From Phoronis australis (Eukaryota; Animalia; Phoronida): a stretch of 64,000 nt of DNA. Every line of letters starts with the position of its first letter. The first letter of the stretch is position 1. The translations under genes were made by a program, and so were the position numbers. The notes below the pieces were generated by a model. The model was given only the letters and a program-made list of their open reading frames with translations. It was not told where the DNA came from and did no database searches. The DNA lies in contig NMRA01000541.1 in the NCBI GenBank assembly GCA_002633005.1, positions 124,001 to 188,000 of the forward strand, read 5' to 3'. Below are positions 41,701 through 50,700 of this stretch, piece by piece.

Positions 41701-44700
41701 CCAACATACGTCAAGGCATTTTGGAGACAGAGCAGCGGACACCGGACGGACAGCGATGACGGCATAATGCGTCCACATATAAATATGTGGGCGCATAATA
41801 AATCACATTAGGGATGAGAGAAATTGGGTGAAGTATGACACCACAGAGTTTGGGTAGATACCAGGCAGTCTTCTGGGGAGCAAAATGAGGCAATTACTTG
41901 ATGCGGAATGAGCCATTTTTGGTACGCAAATAATTTAAATTGGTCTCAATATTTTCCACAATGTACTGTGCCATACTTCTGTTTTAGAAATTTGTCCTAC
42001 AGCCAGGTACGTAGAAATACATTTTGTAACTTTTTAGTATCAAATCTGAATGACTTATTTGCGAAGACTTCACTTTAGCTTGATAGTCTGAGCCAAAATG
42101 GCCACATTAAGTTTTATGCTAAACTTTTTCATTACCAAATTTCAGGAATCAGGAAAAGCTTATGTTGGAGAAGTGGCATCAGCTGAAGTTGAAGACCTGT
42201 CGAATATTAGTAAATGTTGGGTATGGAAAAGTTCAAAACCAGCGAGAAGGTACCCTGAACCACTGACTTATGTAACAACAGGTAAAAGTTACTTTTTGAG
42301 ATTGGGAGGAAACAGCACAGTGGCACGAAATGTAAACACTATGGTGGCACTAGTATGTCTGCACAGCTGTGTAGGGAAGTAGACATGTGTGTTGTTGCAA
42401 GCTTTGTTTGCATGAGAACTGCTGTGTGAACAGCACAAATCTAAATTTTCATGGGAGTGAATATTTGCCCAGTCACCGATTACAATCCTGAACCAGTGGA
42501 TTGAGTTGGCACAGCCACATGATGACGGTGCATAGTCCTTTTTGTTTAGCCACTGGATTTTTGGTCTGACAGGATTTTTCAGTGTAGCCATTACATTTAG
42601 AAGTTTGTTTCATGATTTCTAGCCACTGTGCTGTTTCTTTTACTTTAAATTGTGTAACTGATCCACATTTCATTTACCATTATGGATTTTTGTTTGTATA
42701 TGAGTATTTATTACATTTGAGCCCCTGTTGCGCTTTGGCTGCTTTTGTTTACGTAACTATCTTTCTGCCTGGGTTGTAAACCCACATTTCATCCAGGAGG
42801 TAAAGTTTTGATTTAGAACATTTACCCCAATAAACTTTTCTCAATTTGTTCCTTACCCAGATGGGAAGTGATTTCTGGAATTGCAGCGAATTGACAGCTA
42901 TTCCTCGAGACCATGCTGTGTGCATAAAATGACACACTATTAGACAAGCCATACTGTAGGGATGTCTACTTCAAATGATTTTTTGTTGCAGTACTGAAAA
43001 GTGTTGGCACATTAGCTCTGGTGACTTCTTGGTTTTTGGTGAATTGACCATTTTATGGTTCCCATGAGTAAATTCATAACTGGTCTAGTATGTATGTTCA
43101 CCTGCAATTAAATGGCAATTGTAATGCAAACCATGTAGCAAAAGTATTTTTTCCATGACCATTTCATTGCAAAAATGCTGTCTAATTGGAACCGACAAGC
43201 CAATTTTTCACTTTGTGGTGGTTATTTGACGTTTATAAAAACATTGCTAATTCTCCATACAAAGAGCTACCTCAAGTTTGTGAACAAGAAGAAATTTACA
43301 GTGTTGCCAGTGACATTGCAAAATCCCTGTTTTGAAGTGAGACTACATCACCTTAAATGTAATTCCCTGACTTTGTAGCGTTTGTGTGGTTGACTCTGTC
43401 CTGTAGCAATTGGGGGTGTTGAAGAGGTCTAGAAGGCATTTGTTTATTAGGGTAATGACATTTGCACTTTTGACTACACAGTAATTATCTTTGTATTGTA
43501 TTATGAAAACATATCTGGTTGGTCTATTATATTTTTTCATGTGAAATATTTTCAACTTAGATGAGTTGTCTGTGAGGTAGACAACTTTCAAATGAGATAA
43601 GGAAAAAATGGTCAATCATTGTTTAACTTTTAAGGTATATGATCTTCGAGTAAGTAATTACTTTTGAAAAACCAGACAAGAGTGCAGAATTTAATGTTTA
43701 TTCTTCATTATTTGAAGGAGAATAAATCCGTAAACCTGCATTGTCAAGAACTTTTACTCAAACTACATATTACAGGGTTGGGGATTGGAATCTTAACACA
43801 TCAGAATCTGAACCCGTACCATAAGCAATACAACACAATACATGGAAATGAAAATGTGGTGTTTAGCTTTCATGGAAAGGATTCGTGTGTGCGGGAAGAG
43901 TTGCTGTTGTGTATGATAAGTGTCTGGGGATACTTTGGGATTCCTTTGCAGTGGTCACCCATGGGAAACCTAGTCAAATAGAGATCGATAGATTAGCATC
44001 TCCATTGTTCCCGTTGTTATAATGAAGATAATGACGGGCATTTATCGGCAACGGTCTGATGTACGCCAAAGGTTTTATATCCAAGTGACCTCATCCCTGT
44101 TCACTGGGAGGACATAATGAACTTTTTACAATAAAATGGAGCCATGTATGGTATCTGGGAGTATTATATTCCTAGATGGTATGTACTGAAACATTCAGGA
44201 GGAACAAACTCGATTGCGAAATATCAAAACATATTAAAGACAGACTGATCTCAGATATTCAAAAATTTCTAAGTTTAGTAATAGGTGCCAAACAGTAACT
44301 AATAAACTTTCTGATTATGTCTTGATTTCATGCAATGAAAGTAACATGTTTTAGTAAATATTTTGGCCAAGTTTCATGCTCGTAGCAGTATGGGTAGATT
44401 TGGTATAGCAGTGTATTAAACATAACCTCAAAATGGCATAACGGGGGTAGTGAAGTACAATTACTAAATGAGGTAAGTGATTTTTCTTATTCCAATGCAT
44501 CGAGAGACGCACGACCAACATATTTTCCCAGACTAACTGTGTGTCAAATTTGGTGGAAATGGGTTAACCCCCACCTTGCTGCTGGATGACTTGTGCTCTC
44601 GAGGACTAGTACTAAAGAAAAAATCTCACCATTTACAAGGGGTGCTCCATAGTGAGTACATTTGTGCCCAAGAGCATAGTAGGTGCCATCATCTCTCACC

Positions 44701-47700
44701 AACAACACTTTACTATCGCCAATATCAACTGAACGCATTCTGTAAGAAAACACAATTTTTTTGATTTAATAAGTTTATTGGAAACACAATGCACAATCGA
44801 CTAAGGACACACACACGCACATAGCCACACATAGAGGCACACGCACAAACACACACGCACACGCACGCACGCAAACACACACACACACACATGCACACAC
44901 ACACACCACAAACACGTATGCGCATTTTGAGAGCTGGCAACAAAATTAGAACCTGTGCAGACTAGAGAAAAAAGAGCCAAGAGCGCCATCTATTGTTATT
45001 TTTTATAATCATAATTTCTTGAAATAGAAAACAGATATTTTTCATTTAAATATTATGAACGTGCCTTTCTAAAAAAATTTTGATAAAAGGGGAAGCATTT
45101 CTGAGTCTTTAGCAGATGTAACATTTTTTCAGACAAATGAACAAATTAATGGTATCTGAGTTGGGTAATTAGCCAAAGAAAACCTCAGTAGACAAAGATT
45201 TTATTATTGTGTTTTAGTAAATAACCACCAGACTAGAACAGCATTAGTGCTATTCAATCATGCATTATAGTTAGAAGAAAGTAAGTTTCATTACCCAATG
45301 TCATTAACTAAGAAGGACAAATAAAAATTGACACATAATTCATGGCATAAAAACTTAACTCTTCCTCTAGTAAACTAAACTGGTTACTGGCACTAATGCT
45401 ATCCAATATATAAAATGCATCGTTTGCACAAACTCCATCTCCCCCGCTCCACTACAGACCTTCGTTGCGCCCGTTTCGGCACCGCCTTGGTCCCAGGTAT
45501 TGCACCGGCCCTGTTTGGGTTCGAGGTGTTCTATTTTTTCTCGCGGGCCGTTTTTTCGCGGACACGGAGGGAGGGTGGCCAGTTTCGTACTTGCCTTGGT
45601 AACGTCAGTCAGTCGGCTCAAAGGCCTGGGTGACGTCACTCCATTGGCTTAATTTCACTCCCTCCGGCTTCTGTTGTGTATTCATCGGGCCTGTCGCAGC
45701 CAAAATTAATGATGCCTCATCAAAAAAATTTTACTCTTTCTTGAGTAAACTAAATTATTTAGCCGGGTGTTGGAAAATTGGCGTTTTTCAGTTATTCTGC
45801 TGCTGAAATTGCAATGCGTTTTGGGTGCCATTGCGTCACCTATCGGGCTAATTTCCATGTTCTTCAATCAACTGTGGACGTTGCGTACATGTCATAACAA
45901 TCAGAAGTGGTTTCATTTCGTTACAAGTCTTTACTACTTTAATACCAAAAAAAAACCAATTTCAGAAAATACGCTCGAGAGATATCGCAAAGTTTTGGGA
46001 AATGGCGCGTACGTGAGCGAGTCACGACGGCAGATAGTAGGATTTTCCTTCAAGGCGGAGAATTACGAAAAATAACATTTATTAGATTTTGTTTACTTCT
46101 ATAAACGGCTGTAACAGGCACTGTGAATGTCGATTCATACCCAGATTCTACATGCACCCCTGCAGGTTGTTAACTCTGAAGTTTCATGATGAGGTGACCA
46201 GCTGAGCACCCCGGTTGTGTCAAATTTCGGTGTCTAACGGAGCTCTAGACACGGCTACCTAGCTGTATGTTGACGACAGTCCTCATACAGCTAGCTGGCT
46301 TTCTACCTCAGTTTGTACATTTATGATGCGTTTTGTAAATACATCCAGGTGCGGATCCAGGATTTTGAGTTGGGGGGCACGGCAGATTGAGTATTAGCCA
46401 GAATTTTGCCCTTCAGATATTCGCAACCCAGGACTGCCAAATAGAATCTGGGAGAAATTTATTGGGGCCACAACCCCCTTGGCCCCCCCTCTAAATCCGC
46501 CACAGACATCTATATACTTTGTGTACTATACAATATTTTAAATGCATTTTTAGTTTTCACTTTAAACTTAAGAATATTTGATTACCGTACTTTGTGTCAC
46601 GGCAGGGTCAACTGCTCTGAAACTGAAAGAACTAGGGGACAAATCCCACAGCCGCACACCTTGATTGTCTACTAAAATCTGACAGGTGACAGAAATTCTG
46701 CTTGAAGCTTTGAACACTGTCTCTTCAAGAAGTATTCCTGTCTCTTGCGATGAACACTCAATCGGTTCACTCTCAGGTGTAGCTATTTTCCCTCGGCATT
46801 TCCCACTAGCTGCAACCCGTGCGAAAGCATGGGTAGCAGCTAGTTCTAATTCTGCTGCTATTTGTAGAGCAATAATCTGCGCGTCAGCTTTCAGAACCAT
46901 GAATTAGGGCATCACCTTTTGGCCAATATCTTTTTGCTGATTCTTTAATCAACTTTTCTTCTTCAAATGCTTGTCCACAGTTCATAATGCATTTAATAAT
47001 AACCGAATAGCTTTAACTTCGTTAAAAGTGTTTGGTATTTTATTACCAGAACACAAATTGAATTTTTGAGAATTGCCATCTCCAAAAGATGCCGCATCAA
47101 AATTACCAGACAGCACGTGCCGGAAAATGACGTAAGAATATTAAGTTCATTAAACGGCTTAACGGGCAATGTGAATGTCAATTGACTCTGATGAGAAGTT
47201 GACATAACCTTCATGACGACATGATAAACAGAACAACCCCAGTGATGTGAAATTTTGAGATCAAAATAAAATTTACACAGTCACATTGACTCCTAGCTTG
47301 ACGCCTGTCTTCATACAGCTAGCTGGCTATGTGCATGTAAACATGAACATAAATGGTAAATTCTTAAAGGGGCATGCAAATTATAAAACTGGAATCACAG
47401 AAGTATCGAGCCTTTCCAGTAAAGAAAATCTTCCCACCAGGGTATTAGCACTTCTGAAATCCTCGTCAGTCAAATGGTGTCATGTTTAGTTTTTGAATCG
47501 CTAAAATCGCCCAACTACAATCTATTCTTTTCGAACGTACCAATTCGCTCTGGGTTTGACTGTGTTTACAGGTGGTCTTTAATAAGCCTGGTAGATAATT
47601 GGCCTGCCGGTTGTCGTACCAGACAAAAGACTGTGCTTGGCACTATAAGTGCAACTTTTTAAGTGGAGTGTCACCACACATATCTGATAACTATTGAAAG

Positions 47701-50700
47701 GCGGAAGTTGTCACTATGTGCGTAACAATGAACAGTATAAAAGAAGACAAGTCTGTAAGTAAACACAGCTGATAATTACTTCCGCCTTGCCAAATGTTTG
47801 CTGCAAAACAGGAATTAGAAGTGGCGTAAGTTACCTTAGCACAAGTCACCCTACCTCAAAAGTTGTCACAAGTGGAGTATGTTGCACTACTTTAATCTAG
47901 CCACAAATTGCCCGAGGATATGTTGCACTAGGATGTCCACAGGGCCTCCAACCTAGCGACAATTTGTTACAGGAGTATTTTGTTCTGGAGTAAGTCTCTG
48001 TGTGGACAGAATTTTAGTTAACATGAGTTTAGTAACAAACTCCAATTGGGACAGTTGTATCTATAAAAGGTTTTACAAAGAACTGCTTTCACTGTTTTTC
48101 AATTTCAAAAGGCCTATTGTGTGAATCACACCCATGACTTATAACTGTTCTCAAGAATTATTCAAAGCCACTATGCAGATTTAGGTTACCCCTCCAAACT
48201 CAAAATGTGGTCGAAGCTAAGAAGGAAGAAAATGTTTATAACAAAATATACTTACTCTCCGTCCTTCATATCATCAAAATGACAAGCAACTGCTGAAACA
48301 AAACCACTTGCTTTGGCAGTTATTTCTGTCCGTTTTTGTTGTTTGCTAGGACTTTCCTTGGCAACTTTAGCTGAGCCCTTACTACTTGATGAAGTTGCCG
48401 CACCATTTCCATTTCTTTCGTTGGTGGCTCCAGAGCTGTCTGGTGCATCATGGGATGCCAGAGTAGAAGTTACACCTGAAAAAACAAGAGCAACGCGGAG
48501 CATTGAAATACACTCACGAATGCACTGCAAATGGTGTGCTTCTAGGATTGTTTATTTATTTCATAAAAATGGTCACTAGATGACGCAAAAACATCCAATC
48601 CATCTGAAAACGGGAACATGCCATCGCTTCTTTAATAGATAGCTATTTACCAAATTTCAAAAAATCTCAGAGAAACAAACTTTTAAGGAAGATGGAAAAA
48701 AATGAAATTGTCACAGTATTGGTTGGATCAGCCCGAAAGTCGTCATTGTCTGTTGTTAGCTTCATATAAATACAATTACTAAATTAATAAAGAACCTGCA
48801 GTGGGTTTAGGAGATGCAGCTATGGGTGCAAACCAAAACAAAACTACTACTAGGAGGCATCACAGTAGTCGAAGTCGTTATCGTCAACCGCCCTCTGCAC
48901 ACTGAGAACATATACGCCAATTTTCAAAATCATCCTTAGAATGGTTTGGTCGATCGAGGGGTGGACGCCAAAAAAACTCGAAAACACCAAAAATGGACAC
49001 TAGGTGACGTAAAATACCTCGATTCCATCTGATAACGGGAGGATAGCATCATCTCACCAATAGATGCCTATATTCCAAATTTTCTGAAAATCTGTTGAGG
49101 ACCTTTGAAGATACAAAGGTAAGCCTAAAAAACTAAAATTGCCACTAGGGGGCACACCGATAGGAAGATCCGTCCAAAAGTTGTCAGCATCATATAAATA
49201 CACTTCCTTAGATCCTGCAAATGGGAGATACAGCCATAGGCACAAAAAAACAAAACTGCAACTAGGAGGCCATCCTCTTCATAGCAAGAACATACACTTG
49301 CCAATTTTCACTTTCATCCTTAGAGCGGTTTGGTTGATAGAGGGGTGGACGCCAAAAAAAAACAGACTTAAAAACAGTGAAAATGGCCACTAAGTGCCGT
49401 AAACTACGTCGAATCCATCCGAAAACGAGAGGATAGCGCCATCTTATTAATAGATGCCTATATGCCAACTTTCATGAAAATATGTTGAGGACCTCTGAAG
49501 ATACAGAGGTAAACGTAAAAAACTAAAATTGCCCCAAGGGGGCACACCGGTTGTCGGATCCGTCCAATAGTCGTCCTCGTCTGTTGTCAACATCATACAA
49601 ATATACTTGCTAAGTTTAACAAAGATCCTGCAAATGGTTTAGGAGATATAGCCATGGGCGCAAAAAAATAAAACTGCAACTAAGAGGCGCCACAGCAGTC
49701 AAAATCTTCGGTAAATCATGGTCAGCCATCCTCTTCATAGGAAGAACATACACAATCATCCTTACAGCGGTTTGGTTGATAGAGGGATGGACGCCAAAAA
49801 CAGACTTGAAAACAGCAAAATTGGCCACTAGGTGGCGGAAACTAGTTAAAATCCATGTGAAAACGAGAGGATAGCGTCATCTCATTAATAGATGCCTATA
49901 AGCCAAATTTTATGAAAATGCGTTATGGACCTTTGAAGATAAAAAGATAAACGTAAAAAACTAAAATTGCTTCTAGGGGGCACACCGGTAGTCGGATCCG
50001 TCCGAATGTTCGCTCATGCTGTCCCATGCATGAATGAAACATGTGAGCAAAATTTCATGAACGTACGTTGAACGGTTTTGGAGATATGGGTGGTATAATG
50101 CGTCCACTATGTGAGGGCATAAAAACATTAGCAACCTCGCATCTCCATTGCAGGCTTCCCTCCCTTATCAAAATCCAGCAGGGTTCACAAAGAACAACTT
50201 TTACTGACCTTGCATGTCAGTTTCAAAAAAGCCTATCATGTGTGAAAAACAAGAATGGTTTAAAACTGTCCTCAATATTCTAAATCACTATGCAGACTAG
50301 TTACCACTTCCAAGCCCAAAAGTCAAAAATGTGTTCCTACAGAGATATTACAAAATATCACAGCCCTTTGAGGACTGCAATCCAACACTGTGTTCCTTAC
50401 TTGTCCAACACAGAAGGGATGAGTGACCTAACCTTTCGAAACCTACATCAATCATGAAATGCTTTTTATTATCTCTGTGAAAGAAGAGTGTTAAATTCAG
50501 GAGACCATTATTCAGCAGAGGAAGGCCAATCTTTGTTCCAGTGACCCATCATTTTAGACAGATTGGTTGTACCAGGCACAATAATTACAAGGCTTGGTGA
50601 TTACCTTGAGTTCACAAAATAGACAGACTTGGCAATCATGATCACAAAAGAGGTGCAATAACTATAGTGATCTATCCAGTCACCTATGCAGCATGAAAAG

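Noticed and set aside
46568-46900. 110-aa minus-strand ORF as a nested gene or extra exon
   Set aside because: No recognisable motif, and exons 2 and 3 already join in frame
47364-47700. Second Kolobok starting TTAA-AGGGGCATGC
   Set aside because: No matching opposite TIR found
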